Below, piece by piece: positions 25,276 through 39,430 of a DNA stretch of 59,332 nt. Numbering within the stretch: position 1 is the stretch's first letter; each line of letters opens with the position of its first letter. The notes under the pieces are model-generated. The model searched no databases. It saw nothing but the letters and a program-made list of their open reading frames with translations, and was not told the origin of the DNA. The position numbers and the translations under genes are program-made. The stretch covers positions 92,800,841-92,860,172 of the forward strand of contig NC_068983.1 of assembly GCF_001194135.2 (NCBI RefSeq), read 5' to 3'. This DNA is from Octopus bimaculoides. Its lineage: Eukaryota.

Positions 25276-26202
25276 TATGAAGTGGTATCAAAAAATTCCT
25301 GGACTAGTTTTCTAGTGCACCAACAGATGACAGCACATGGTTGCGTGCACAGTGAGAGGCAGCAGTGACCTTCATGAAGCAGTGTGCCTGCCGAGTGACA
25401 TCGCTACGTTTACTTTATAAGTTGCGAAATTTGTGTTTTTGTGATCACATGTATGCTGTAGTTTGTGATTTTTGTCATGGATAAGAAATTGGAACAAAGA
25501 GCCAACATGAAATTTTGAGTTAAACTTGGGAAGTTTGCTACAGAGACATTGAGCATGCTTCGTCAAGCTTATGATGATGAGGCAATAGGGCATACACAAT
25601 GTTTCAAGTGGCATTGGCACTTCAAAAGCAGAAAAAATGTCCCTAGGATATGATGAGTGATCTGAAAGATCTGCCATGAGCATCATCTCTGGAAATGTGA
25701 AGAAAATTCATCATCTTGAACATGAAGATCATTGGAGGACAATCAATGAAGTTTTGAAGCATTTGAGGGAAGATATTTGGCAAAAGAGACTGGATCTGTG
25801 GAGTGTGAAAAATTGGATTCTTCACTACGACGATGTACCCTGTCACCAAGCTCTCCTCACTCATGAGTTTCTTGCCTAAAACAACATGGTATCACTTCCG
25901 CACCCACCCTATTTGCCAGATTTAGCACCTGCAGACTTCTATCTCTTCCCCAAGATGAAAATGCAGCTCAAAGGTCACTGTTTTAACACTGTTGCTGAGA
26001 GCCAGAGCGAATTGCAGAAGGTCCTTGGCTTGCTTATGGAAAACAACTTCCAGGCCAGGTTCCAAAAGTGGCAAGAATGCTGTGACTGGTGTATTGCTGC
26101 ACAAGGTGACTATTTTGAAGGAGATGAAGTTAAAACTTCAGGTAAAAAATTATTGTTTATTAAAAATAACTAGTCTGGGAACTTTTTGATACCACCTCCA
26201 TA
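25276..26202 (+). mobile_element. Internally deleted mariner (D,D34D) element with both TIRs and TA ends
   Basis: TIR tatgaagtggtatcaaaaaattcctggactagtt matches the reverse complement of 26168-26202. Peptides MDKKLEQRANMKF and WILHYDDVPCH...YLPDLAPADF with 34 residues between the Ds. Stops and frameshifts present. Confidence 0.92.
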
Positions 26203-27299
26203 CACCAATAAACTAATATATACTACTTATTACAATATACCATTATATATTAATCTGTGAAGGCACATCACTTAGTGGTTAGGGTATTTGGCATATGACC
26301 TTCATTGTGAGTTCAATACCTGGTGTAACACTGAATTGCTGAGCAAGACACTTTATTTCATGTTGTTCCAGCCCACTCAGCTGGCAAAAGTGAGTTGCAC
26401 CTGTATTTGAAAGGGTCAGCATTGTCACATCCTGTGTCATACTGAAAACTACATGAAGGGTGCACATGTCTCTAGAGTGCTAAGCTACTTGTCTGTTAAT
26501 TTCATGAGTAGGCTGTTCTGTTGATCGGATCAACTGAAACCCTTATCATAGCCGACAGACTGCCATATATTACTAATCCACAACAAGCACCATTATACAC
26601 TCTATTCTACAACTATTAAATGATGCATTCATTACTAAAATGGCTATTTGGCAAAGTCTATGCTTCATTAAAGAGTTTTAAGGAAATTGAAGTATGTAGA
26701 GGGTTGTCTCTCTTGCTTGCAAAAATTACGAAAATAATATTGCCATTGAATTGATGTTACAGTACAAAATTATTTTTAATAGTATTTATGTTCCTCTATA
26801 TTAGATATATTAACAATCTCAAACAATTCTACAGAGGTCAATACATTTTTTGAAGGCACACTAGATTACACAATTTTTTTTTGTCTTATAAACCAAAGTG
26901 AATAAAAAAAAATTGAAATCATGATCATACAAGAATAGAGAAATGATTTGTTGTTTTAAACTTTTAAATATCATTTCTTGTAATGAAGGAATTGCAATAC
27001 ACTAAATAATGTAAAAATCAATATGTGCCATATACAACATGGCATGTGATGAGGAGTTAAAACATTTTAAGTTAGGCTGTGGCTTCGGAACATTTTATAT
27101 TACTGCCTTCTTTCTTTTGTTTTAGAATTCATTATTTGTGTAAATTATATTGTGACAATGTATGAAAGATGGTTACTTTATGTTGTGCCATTCATGTCAA
27201 AACATTTACTGGTTAAAATATTGCACTTGGGGAAGCAGTTATTTTTTTATCAATTGAAGTGATTTCACCTTTTCTTTTTTTTTTTTTGCATTAAAACTA

Positions 27300-28597
27300 A
27301 TTCAACTGAGGCTGCTGTAAAAAATGAAACTTTAGTTTGCAGAAGGATGAAAAGCAAAGACAACTTAAGCAGGATTTGAACTCAGAATGTAAAGTAACAT
27401 AATTGAATAGCACAAGGTATTTTGTGAATCACAGAACTGATTCAACAAAATCACTGCATATTCAATAATAATAATGATGATGATGATTTCTAACTTGGTC
27501 ACTAAACCACATATTTATGGGGATTAAATCAATATTCAATCTAGAACTGAAAATATTTTATCAACTCTAAAAAGATGAAAGGCAAAGCTGACTCCAGCAG
27601 GATATAAGCAAATAAGAACACGATATTTTGTACAGTAATCTACTGATTCTGGAATTTAAAGCCTCTATAATAAGTTACAAATTTTAGGTACAAGGCCAAC
27701 AATTTTGAGGGTGGGGATTAGTTGATGACACTAACCCCAGGACTTAACTGGTACTTTAGTTTATTGACCCTCAAAGGGTAAAAGGCAAAGTTGATGTTTA
27801 TGTGATTTAAACACAGAATATAAAGAGTCAGAAGAAATGCCCAGAGTTTCTCCCAAAACACAGTCGACTCTCCTACACCACAAGTCCTCAACAGAATGCT
27901 AATATGGAAGTTTCACTGACTGCATGACCTGATTAGTAGAAGGCTGTAAGCAGCTGACAACATTTCAACAAGTTTTTGGTTTTTGTTTGAACCAGGGTTG
28001 GAGTTATGTCAAAAGAGATCAGCTGTGAGAAAATTTGCCAACAAAGGTTAACTATACTTGCTTACCATTCAGAAATTTCTGTGGATACTGCAGCCTTAGA
28101 GCAAGCCCACACATCATTAGCATTGGCATACTGAGCTATCTATAGAGAAGGTGAATAATAATTTTAAAAAACAATTTAGGCACAAGGCTAATTTTAAAGG
28201 GAAGGAAGGTTAGTCAATTACATTGATCTCTATACTTGACTGGTACTTTATGGAACCTAAAAGAATAAATCCAAATGCCTGAAATTTTGGAAGAAAGTGT
28301 TAGTCGAGTAAAAAAAAATTCTAGTATCTGGCTAGTATTTTATTGTTATCAATCCTGAAAGAGTTGACTGCAGCAGGATGTATAGACATGCTCCACAGCA
28401 TTTTGTCCATTTTTTGGCAGAATCGTTAGCATGCCAGGCAAAATAGTTAGCAGCATTTTGTCTGTCTTATTCTGAGTTCAAATTCTGCCTTTCATCCTTT
28501 TGGGGTTGATGAAGTACCAGTTGAGCACTGGGGTCGATGTAATCAACTAGCCCCCTCCCTCCAAAACATTTCAGGCCTTGTGCCTATAGTAGAAAGG

Positions 28598-28632
<35 letters not shown>

Positions 28633-28802
28633 GGCAGTGAGCTGGCAAAATGCTTAGTGCCATTTTGTCTATCTTTGTGTCCTGTGTTCAAATTCCACTG
28701 TGGTCGACTTTACCTTTCAGGGTTGATAAAGTAAGCACTGAGGTTGATGCAATTGACTTATCCTCTCCCCTGAAATTGCTGGCTTTGTGCCAAAAATTGA
28801 AA

Positions 28803-28850
<48 letters not shown>

Positions 28851-28920
28851 CTGATTTGGATTAATATTGGGTTCTGCTTAATAATCTTTTCCACTAAAGG
28901 CACAAGTCCTTTAGTTTTGC

Positions 28921-28963
<43 letters not shown>

Positions 28964-29491
28964 TAATAATTTCAAATTTTTAGCCAGTAAATTTTTGAGG
29001 TGAGGATGAAATTGATTGCATCAATCCCAAAGTCTGACCACCTACCACTAAGCATTTTGTCTGCTATGCTAACAATTCTGGCAGTTCACTGCCATAATAA
29101 TAGTAATCCTTTCTACTGTAGGCACAAGACTTAAAATTTTTGGGGCGGGTGTTAGTCGATTACATCAACTCCAGTGCTTAACTGGTACTTATTTTATTGA
29201 CCCCAAAAAGATGAAAGGCAAAGTAAACCTTGGTAGAATTTGAACTCAGAACATAGAGACATGAAATGATGCTGAACATTTTGCCTGGTCACCACCTTGG
29301 TTTCAAAATTTCACTCAAGGCCATAACTTTCAGAAGAGAGGGTATGTTTATTACATTGCATTTTGGCCAACACTTTGACAACTGTAAATAAGGTACGAGG
29401 CCAACCATTTTTAGGGGATTACATCCACCCCAATGTACCAATGATATTTACTTTAGTTACTCTGAAAGATGAAAGGCAAAGTCAATCTCAA

Positions 29492-29534
<43 letters not shown>

Positions 29535-29700
29535 TAGTAATCCTTTTTACTAAAGGCACAAGGCCTGAAATTTTTGGGGAAGGGACTGGTTGATTACATC
29601 GACCCTAGTGTTTCACTGGTACTTAATTTATTGACCCTGAAAGGATGGAAGGCAAAGCAAAGACAGGTGAAATGTTGCTTAGCATTTTGACTTGTGTACT
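27300..29700. mobile_element. Cluster of (ATT)n-associated tRNA-derived SINEs (family C) in both orientations
   Basis: + copies at ~28415-28600 and 28631-28800; - copies at ~27300-27830, 29060-29290, 29340-29500 and 29535-29700; separated by (TTA)n/(TAA)n tracts. Confidence 0.8.
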
Positions 29701-29878
29701 GAAGACAACAAATGTAGAATCTGCAGGAAAGGAAACAAAAGTATCAATCATCTTTGGAGTGAGCACAGTAAGCTAGCTCAAAAAAAAGTATAAGTGCAGG
29801 CATGATTGTGTAGGTATAAGTGTGCTTTGGATGTTAGCAAAGTGTGTAGCTTTGAAATAACAGGAGAAAGAGTGTGAA

Positions 29879-30165
29879 CTTGAACCAGACGTGGTGACAG
29901 AGAATGAGAATTACAGGTTCTTATGGGACTTCCTCATAAAGACCAACCATACTACTATGCAAGAAGACCAGATAAGATTATAGAGTACAAAACATAAACA
30001 GGTAAGATCATAAACTTAGCAGTTCCCTATGATAACAGAGTCGATACTAAAGTAATTGAAAAAATTGAGAAATATCAGGATCTAGCCAGAGAGCTGAAGA
30101 GCCTGTGAAAGACTAAGACAATAATTATTTCTTTGATAAATGGTGCACTTGGCACAATACAGATT
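29879..30165 (+). mobile_element. Degenerate R4/Dong-like LINE endonuclease fragment
   Basis: EPDVVTENENYRFLWDFLIKT...LAVPYDNRVDTKVIEKIEKYQDLARELKSL*...INGALGT, resembling the recalled LWDF/AVP/EKIEKY/GALG signature of REL endonucleases. Confidence 0.75.
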
Positions 30166-30549
30166 CTTGAGATTTGAGGAGACTTGTCACTAAACTTCAA
30201 GATAGCATGCCTGTTAATTAGATGAGCATGTACTAGCTTGATAATTTCTTTATGGTGATAAGAAAATTGAAAAACATTTGAATTAACACAATTATTGAGA
30301 GTATTAATATTGTACCGCCACCCAATGGATGTCAATTTAAGAACAGTTAAAAAATATAATTTTTTTCAACCAGATTGATGAAGAAGAATAAAATCGTATG
30401 GTATTAATATCCAAAATTTCACAAAATGGCCACACAACTACAAGGTATTAAATCTTTAAGTTGAAAGGCTCATTATCACAAATTTCTTTACATTTTATGG
30501 CTATATAATTATAGAAATCACTCAATATCTGATTTGCTTTGTTGACAAC

Positions 30550-30800
30550 TAATATCCAGCTCATATAAGTTTCCCATCAAATTTAAATTTGGGGATTTTG
30601 TAGGACACTGCTGCACTCATGTTTTATTTTTGTAGCATTCCTTGATTATTCCACTTGTATGCTTTAGGTTGTTGTCATGTTGAAAAATCCATGACTAGCT
30701 CAAATGACTCTTGGCATATGATATCTCTAAGAACTCCAGATAGACTGTTCTTGTTCATGATGACAGACTTGATGTATGTGAATGATTCTTTTCAAGACAT
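30550..30800 (-). mobile_element. Tc1 transposase relic
   Basis: IFQHDNNLKHTS...PTKSPNLNLMGNLY, resembling FQQDNDPKHT...SQSPDLNPIENLW; contains an in-frame stop. Confidence 0.75.
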
Positions 30801-33800
30801 AGTTACAATCACTATACTTGAACTGTTAGACTTATGTAGTCTGGCCAAAATTCTCTGCTTCTCACTAAATGGAATGGAAGCATGTTATATATTCAGACAA
30901 ATGTACAAATTGTTTATATGCAATGTCATACAAGCCCAAATTAGTAAATTTTCATGCCAATAACATCAGTCTGCTTGACTAATCTTTTATTATTGAATTC
31001 TGTTAAAATACAACTTCATTCTAATTAACTTTGAGAACAATGAAGAATTTAGTAAAATAACCTTATAGTAATAAAACTGGTGTTTGGAACATAAATTGGC
31101 ATGAAATTTTGAAGGAAGGTTTTAATTTAGACTACTTTAAAACCTGAAGTTTGTATCATAGAACTAGACGTAGTCTTAGGCAGATTGGTATCAAAAGGTT
31201 AAATTCATTCAAAATGTCAATGGCAGTCATTTTCCTCTCCTTCATTGACACATGATGAATGCACTGGTCCATCCTTTTCAGTAGGTTTTCATGGGCTATC
31301 TTAATCAAAGATGATCAGAATAGTCACCAGTTTCAATGAAAGTGTTCAAGGTATGGCAAGAAGCAGTTATTGAGTATTCATCTGTAGTAGCTTTGTGCCC
31401 GAAAGTCCATTTCAGCTTTTGCAGTTTGGACAATTTTCTATCATGTTCCTTTGTTTACCCAACACAACACATACCAAGGTGATATAATTAAATAGCTAAA
31501 AGTTAGTCTTATAAAATTAAACAAATTTTTCAATGTTTTTAAATGGAGTAGCATTAATTTTTGTGACTTTATTAATACTGTCAATAAATAATTGAATTAT
31601 AATTAAAATTTTCAAGTTTAAACTTAGATAATTTAAAAGCTAAAAGGCTTTTTTAAAATTCATCATACATAGTTTGATTCATGACAAAATAAATGGAAAT
31701 CATGTTTAATCATCAATATACACATCTTTAAACTAAATAATGTCATTATACTACCTCTATGTACAGAAAAAATATAACAAACTAATTATAGCTGAAGTAT
31801 CAGAATTAGTCATCATCACTAGACAGAACATAAATACTGTCAGTCTTAACATTAAAAAAGATATAAACAACATCAAGCTGCAATATAAAGTAGTAATTTT
31901 TGTTTTAAACACAATCAGACTGCTTTGAAATTTCTGATGTTCTGTGTAATACTGACAAGTGGAAGCTGGCTTTAAATGTGTGCTATGGCATCTGAGTGTA
32001 TATGACTATGAAAACAATATATGAATGGAAGGGCTGTAAATGATGTGTTGCGCTTTTAACATCTGTTGTGCATCAGATGTGTAATGAGCATGCATTGATG
32101 AGCCATGGATTCATAAAGTGTGTAATGTATACATGACATATGTAATGTGCATGTGTACATTATATGAATACAGTGTACATCAGATATGTCTAATGTGTAT
32201 GTCATGCCTAGACTAGGTGTAGACTGAAAGATATCAAGAAAATTTGAATGGGAAAAAAATGGAGTGGAGGGAAAATGAATGTAGGTAGGTTATAGGATGG
32301 CATTGAGGTACATCATAAGATGAATTGAGGTATGTCATTGTGCAGATACATCATAAGGCAGAGTAAAGCTACATTAGAGGGCAAGGTAAAGCTGTGTCAT
32401 TAGGGCAAAATAGTTTTATATCATAGGGTATGATGAAGGTATGTCATAGGGTGTAACTAAGTCATAGGGCAGAATGAAACTACATCATAGGACATACCAT
32501 TTATATAATGAAGCAAAGTTACTTAAATGAAAGGCTACCTAAACATGTGAAGGACACAATTTATTGCTATGCAAACACCAACCATCACAATCCTTACCAG
32601 CATATACACAATCATCACCAAAACCACAAAGATATCTCTACACTCCAGAATGCTACTACATCACCTTTCTAAAAATACTAAATAAAAGTCAGAAGATATT
32701 AGTAATGGTCTGCATTAGCAAATATCAGCAAATGAAATTCACAATTTGCCGTGGTATATAAAATTCACCCTGCTATGAGATACAAACTTATTTATATTTG
32801 TAAATTTTATTTACATTCTAAAATGTTCTCTCTATCATTAACTCCAGACAATTATAAAAACAAAAATAGCAGTGGCATCAGTAGCTTCTTTAGCTATAAA
32901 CACCATGTTGGAATGCTAATGCATACTACCAATGACAGTATGAAGGAGTTCCTAGAGGCTTTAACCTGCTAGAAACAGCAGCCAAATCTCCTTCAAATGA
33001 TACATTACTGTCTATCTGTCTCTCTCTCTAAAAAAAAAAAAAGGAAGAATACATGGTATAAAGTAGTCTAAAGATATTATATCAGAAAGAAAGATGTTAT
33101 GGAATATCTTCAATCAAGTTTGACACGGGCATAAAAACACAGAAAAGTGGGACAGTGCATAGAAACAAGATGCTTGAACCAAATTTATCTTGTTCACTTC
33201 TTCACTTTCACAGTAGCCATTCAGAGAGGGCACTCTGCACCCTATACAATAAATTACTGTATGTCAAAGAAGGCAGTATAATCCCTAACTAGGTGTGGTA
33301 TATCACGAGCACTCGATCACACCTAAGTGTTTGAATGAAGATCTACTTACCATAGATCTCATCAATCAGAGACACAACAACGAATACCGAAAAAGAGATG
33401 AAGGTATGAATATTTTAATTCAAAATCACTTTGGATAGATTTTTAGTAAAACCATTATTCTACATATCAAGAGTTTTGCAAACTTTATATGTTGGCAACT
33501 ATTTGTAACCTACCTAATAATTCATACAAGCTAGCTTCATTTTAATATTTTCTATTCTCTTTGGTATGGAACTGAATGTGCTAGGAATTTTCCTCAATGA
33601 ATAATTTCAAAGCAGAATACCAAAGTCTATGGGTGTCATATTGAAGTAGTAAAATGTATAAAAGCTGACAGTTTAGATTAGTACAGAATGATTAATGGCT
33701 CTAGATTTTATACAAAATAAAAAGGAAAAGAAAAAAAGAAAATTCTTCCTCAAAACTACAGAACATTAAAGCATGTAATGATATTGAGATAAATAAGATA

Positions 33801-33999
33801 GTTTAACAAAAACTTAGAAATGGAGTCAGTGTCTTGAAGAAAAGAGTCAGTTATTGTAACTTATATAGTAATAACTGAAGCAAGTGTGGATCATTTGAGG
33901 AAAGTCATTGCATGAAGGGATTGGCAACAATATGGATCAGCTGAAAGATTCAGGCAAGTCACCAAACTGATTTAAAGATGGCAAATGACTGGCTTAAAT

Positions 34000-34272
34000 T
34001 AGCTGCATAACCTAGTGGGGGTCAGCTGAGTGCCTTAAGGAAATTTGCTGAGTGGCTTAATGATTAACTGAGTGACTTAGAGAGTTCAGCTAATTAGCTG
34101 AGAGAGGTCAGTTGAGTGGTTTAATTAGCTGAGTGGTTTAGAGAGGTCAGCAGAGTGGTTTAGAGAGGTAAGCAGAGTGGTTTAGAGAGGTAAGCAGAGT
34201 GGTTTGGAGAGGTCAGCAGAGTGGTTTGGAGAGGTCAGCAGAGTGGTTTGGAGAGGTCAGCAGAGTGGTTTA
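34000..34272. repeat. 22-bp minisatellite (CAGCAGAGTGGTTT(A/G)GAGAGGT), ~6 clean units plus older degenerate units
   Basis: Units are directly visible at 34140-34272 and decay toward 34000. Confidence 0.9.
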
Positions 34273-34330
34273 AGAAGCCAGCTGGGAAATCGAAATGTTT
34301 TGCAATGGCTATAATCAAAAGTGAACTCAC

Positions 34331-34483
34331 CTCCTATCACAACTCTTTCATATAGTGCCATGCCTTTGTCTAGTGTGTTAGGGTAGGTAATATTGACCAA
34401 ACTTTGGTCAAACGGACGTGATTCAACAGGATCTGGAGCTTGTGTGATTTCTTCAAAACCACACATATCCTCGCGAATTTCGC
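34331..34483 (-). CDS. Nrx-IV: Neurexin IV / CNTNAP penultimate coding exon (juxtamembrane)
   Basis: ttcttttgtag acceptor and GTGAGT donor; 153 nt, phase 1/1. GEIREDMCGFEEITQAPDP...ERVVIG resembles recalled CASPR2 GELVESNCG...AIIGG and splices in frame to the 24231 exon. Confidence 0.88.
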
Positions 34484-35408
34484 CTACAAAAGAAGAACAG
34501 AAATTAATAAAAACTCACTTATTATCTAGTGAAAATCTGTGTTTCTTCCAGAACTATTTACAGCTACGTCAAATTTCTAAAACAAATTGCAAAGTGATCT
34601 AAAGAGAGTGAAAAGAGCAAAAAATGAAAAGAAAACTCAGACAATAGTTAGAGTTAAAAATTTTTCAACCGCCAATATTATTAGTTGTTTTCAAAATAAT
34701 ATTTATTTTTCTTAAGGGTGTAGTAAAATATTTAATACAACACCAATCTTAAGCTCCTTTCTTAAATGTATTCCCCTATTCTTATTTGTAAAATGTAAAA
34801 GAAAAATAATTCTGTTGTAAATAAGACTGCCCAGACCAAATAAGTTATTTTGTTTTCTTTACATTGTTAAGTGCATCATTCTTCAATATGAAAACAGAAT
34901 GATATTAAAATATAATTAAAATAATAACCACAATATCTACTATAAACACTGTCTCACAGAACTAAATATATGAAGACATAGTGAAGTGTGGTGAGTTTAG
35001 AGATTAAGATGACATACCTCATATTTGAGAAAAAATTTTAAGTGAATAAATAAGCTCTACCAGCATGAAAGAACTTGAGTTCAAATGATGATGAATAGTT
35101 TTAGATTCAGGTATAATTAGGTAGCATATATAGAATTGTTTATAGCAACACAAACTACCCAAAATTAAAGCTGATTTTATATATGGTCTTTCAAGAGAGA
35201 TAAAACAATAACCTGCACATTCTTGTATAGACTGTCAATTCAGTATATGCACAGGCATGGCTGTGTAGTAAGAAGTTTGCTGCCCAACCACAGAGTTACA
35301 GGTTCAGTCTCACTGGGTGGCACCTTGGACAAGTGTTTTCTACTATAACCTCAGGCTGGCCAAAGCCTTGTGAGTGGATTTGGTAGACAGGAACTAAAAG
35401 AAGCTCAT

Positions 35409-35481
<73 letters not shown>

Positions 35482-37269
35482 GTATGTATGTATTTATGTG
35501 TGTGTTTGCCACCCAGCCATCACTTGACAACCAATGCTAGCATGTTTATATCCCCATAACTTCAGCAAAAGACCGATAGAATAAATACTAGGCTTACAAA
35601 GAATAAGCCCTGAAGTTGATTTCTGTGACTAAAACCCTTTAAGGCAGTGCTCCAGCATGGCCACAGTCAAATGACTGAAACAAGTAAAAGAATGAAAGAA
35701 TAAAACCCTAACCCTGAAACATTTTCTTTAGTGCTCCATTTCAAGACTAAAAATTAAATTCACTATTAACAACATTAACCTCCAAGACCAAGTTTAGAAG
35801 GCTGGTTGGGGCTACAAGCCAAGGTAACCAGAGAGGTCAACATTAGTGAAACTCAGATAAATAAAGTTCACAAACTGAAATTTGTTTGTATGAAGAACTG
35901 GTTGAGTGGTTTACGCCTGACATTTCAGGCAAGGCCTTTTGTTAGTGAAGGAAAGAAACAACAAGAAAATGTCTAAAATGTTATAGGTGCAAGGTGTGGC
36001 TGTGTGGTGAGAAGTTTGCTTCTCAATCACATGGTTTTGGGTTTAGTCTCACTACATAATACCTACGGCAAATGTCTCCTACTATAACCCTGGGCCAACC
36101 AAAGCCTTGTGAAAGAAGCCTGTTGTGTATGTGTATCAATGTGTGTGTTACTGTCTTCTTTCCTTAACATTATATGATGGTTGTAAATGAGTGTCACTGT
36201 CATGCAAGCAGTGTCCCACATTACCGGTCTTGCTGGGGTATTATCTTGAAGGATTTTAGTCAAATTGACCCCAGTACTTACTTGTAAAGTTTGCTACTTA
36301 TTCTATTGGTCTTTTTTTTTTGCCAAACTGCTAAGTTATGGAGGTGTAAACAAACCAACATGGGTTGTCAAAAAGCAGAGATGTTACACACACACATATA
36401 TACAGGATAGACTTCCACAGTTTCCATCTATCAAATTCACCCACAAGGCATTGGTCAGCTTGGGGCTATAGTAGAAAATACTTTCCCAAGATACTGTGCA
36501 GTAGGACTAAACTTAAAATCACATGGTTGCAAAGTGAGTTTCTTAACCACATAACAATGACTGCGCTTACACAAAGTATTTACAGTAAAATTTTAAACTG
36601 CTGTCTTCATAAATAGGGAGGAAAATACAATTAAAACAAAAATAGTAAATCAAAGAATGGAGTGAGTTGTAGGGTTACTGGGTAGAAGCGAAAAATCGGT
36701 AAAATATTTGAAATTTAAATTCTGAAAACATCATTTATTGGAAATCAAGGAATTTATTGAATTATTTCAAATCAGATAATACTGAGAAAATAATTTCAAA
36801 AAATTTGAAGAAAGGAAGAAAAATGCATCTAATTTTTTAAAGGTATTTTCTTTTCTTTCAGTGAGAAAAAAAAAATGGTTAAATTTCTAAAGAAATATTC
36901 CAGAACTTATCAAAGTAAGCAGTAACAGGAAGAAGGATAAAGACTATCAATCTCCATAAATTCTTTGAAAACAGAATTGATTTTACATTCGATGCACCCC
37001 ATTCTCCTCTCTCCATTTGGTTATCTATCTTCTATTCCCATCTTTCCTACCTTCTCTTCCCACTTGTATCTTCCACATAACCATTTCCTCCTCCACATCA
37101 TCATCTCTGTTTCACATACATTTTCTTGCTGTCCTTATCAGTCATCCCACCCTGTATCTCTCTCCCTCTCTCTCACATCCTCTATCCCACTTTATATATA
37201 AAGAATATCAGTAACAATACCAACACCATTAAATATCATCAAATTAAGCAGCAATCATCATTATCACAA

Positions 37270-37761
37270 TAATAATAATAATCCTTTCTACTATAGGCAC
37301 AAGACCTGAAATTTTGGGAGAGAGGTCTAGTTAATTAAACTGACCCTAGTCTTACTCATTTCATCAACCTCAAAAGGATGAAAAACAAAGTTAACCATGG
37401 CAGAATTTGAACTCGGAACATAAAACCAGAAGAAATGGCATTGAGCATTTTGTTCCATAAGGTAAAAATACTGTCAGTTTGTCACCTTAATAATGATAAT
37501 CCTTTCTACTAGAAGCACAAGGCCTCAAATTTGGGGGAAGGGATTAAGTTGATTACATCAACCCTAGTACATAACTGAAACTTATTTAATCAACCCCGAG
37601 AGGATGAAAAGCAAAGTCGACAACAGCGGAATTTGAACTCAGAATGTAGTGGCAGACGAAATACTGCTAAGCATTTCGTCCAGCATGCTAACAATTCTGC
37701 CAGCTCACTGCTTTAATAATAATAATAATAATAATAATCCTTTCTACTATAGGCACAAGAC

Positions 37762-37813
<52 letters not shown>

Positions 37814-39430
37814 GTGGGCCTGATGCAATACCAGACACTGGCTCTCATGGGTTCTGATCTTAACTGATTGGAAGTGTTATCATGTACATTGTTTTGTCTT
37901 GGTATAAAAGATGAGCTACAGCAAATATTCTGCTCAATACCAGATTTGCTTGTCAGTTGCTTCATCTTAACCAGTTGAGCATATCCCTTAGTAGCTGCTG
38001 ATATGTGCATCTCTGATCATGAGCAGAAGTAGTGGGGGAGGATCATAACCATGTGCTGAGAGGAATTTTTTGGGGTTTCAATAATTCATCTCTGGAAACA
38101 TTGGTACTTTGTTCAACACCCTTAAACAACCCTTATTCAGGGACCTTTTTAACTGGGCCCCACCTGCAAGGTCATGTGCTGTTTATCTTGATATGAGATC
38201 ACCACGTTATGCACATATGGTTGTGATGCATGTGCCGGTGTACCCTTATCAGATGGGTGGTCATGATGGGTATACTCGGCTTCATATATTTTTATCCCAG
38301 TGTCACTTTGATGGAATGCACTGCTCTCTCAATAATAGTAACAACAGTCCTTTCTACTAAAGGCACAAGGCCTGAAATTTGGGGGTAGAGGACTGGTCAA
38401 TTACATCGACCCCATTACTCAAGTGGTACTCATTTTATTGACCCCAAAATGATGAAAGACAAAGTTGTCTTCAGTGGAGTTTAAACTCAGAATGTAAAGA
38501 TGAACAAAATGCTTCTAAGCATTTTGCCTGGCACAGTAATGATTCTGCTAGCATGGTTTCAGATTTTGGCACAAAACCAGCAAGTTCAGGGCAGGAGGAA
38601 AGTCAGTTACATCAGCCTCAGTGCTCAACTGGTACTCATTTTATCGACCCTGAAAAAATGAAAGGCAAAGTCAACTTTATCAGAATTTGAACTCAAAATG
38701 TAAAGCTGGATGAAATGCTGTTGAGCATTTTCTCCCATAAGGTAACAATACTGCCAGCTTGTCATGTTCTTTATAATAATAATGATTTCAAATTTTGCCA
38801 CAAGGTCAGCAGTTTTGGGGGAGGGTGTAAGTTGATTACATCAAGCCCAGTACTCAACTGGTACTTATTTTATCGACCCCAAAAGGATGAAAAGTAAAGT
38901 TGACCTTGATGGAATTTGAACTCATAATGTGAAGATGGAAGAAGCATTTTGCCTGGCATACTAACAATTCTGCCAACTCAAATAATGATAATAATGATGA
39001 TAGTGGTTTCAAACTTTGGCACAGAACCAACAATTTTGAGGAAGGGGTTAAGACAATTATATCAAGTGTTCAACTGATACTTATTTTATTGAAAGGTAAA
39101 GTCAAACTTGGTGGAATTTGAACTCAGGATGTAGCGATGGATGAAATGCCACTAAATATTTTGTCCAGTATGCTAATGATTCTGCCAGCTTGCTGCCTTA
39201 CATAATAATAATAATCCTTACTATTATAGGTACAAGGCCTGAAATTTTGGGGGAGGGAACTAGTCGATTATATTGACCCCAGAATTTCACTGGTACTCAA
39301 TTTACCGACCCTGAAAAGATGAAAGGCAAAGCCGACCTCAGCAGAATATGAACTCAGAACATAGCAACAGGCAAAATACTGGTAAGCATTTCATCCAGTG
39401 TGCTAACAATTCTGCCAACTTGCTGCCTTG

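Noticed and set aside
33210-33415. Segment with splice-like signals on both strands inside the last Nrx-IV intron
   Set aside because: No open, phase-compatible exon with both acceptor and donor found.
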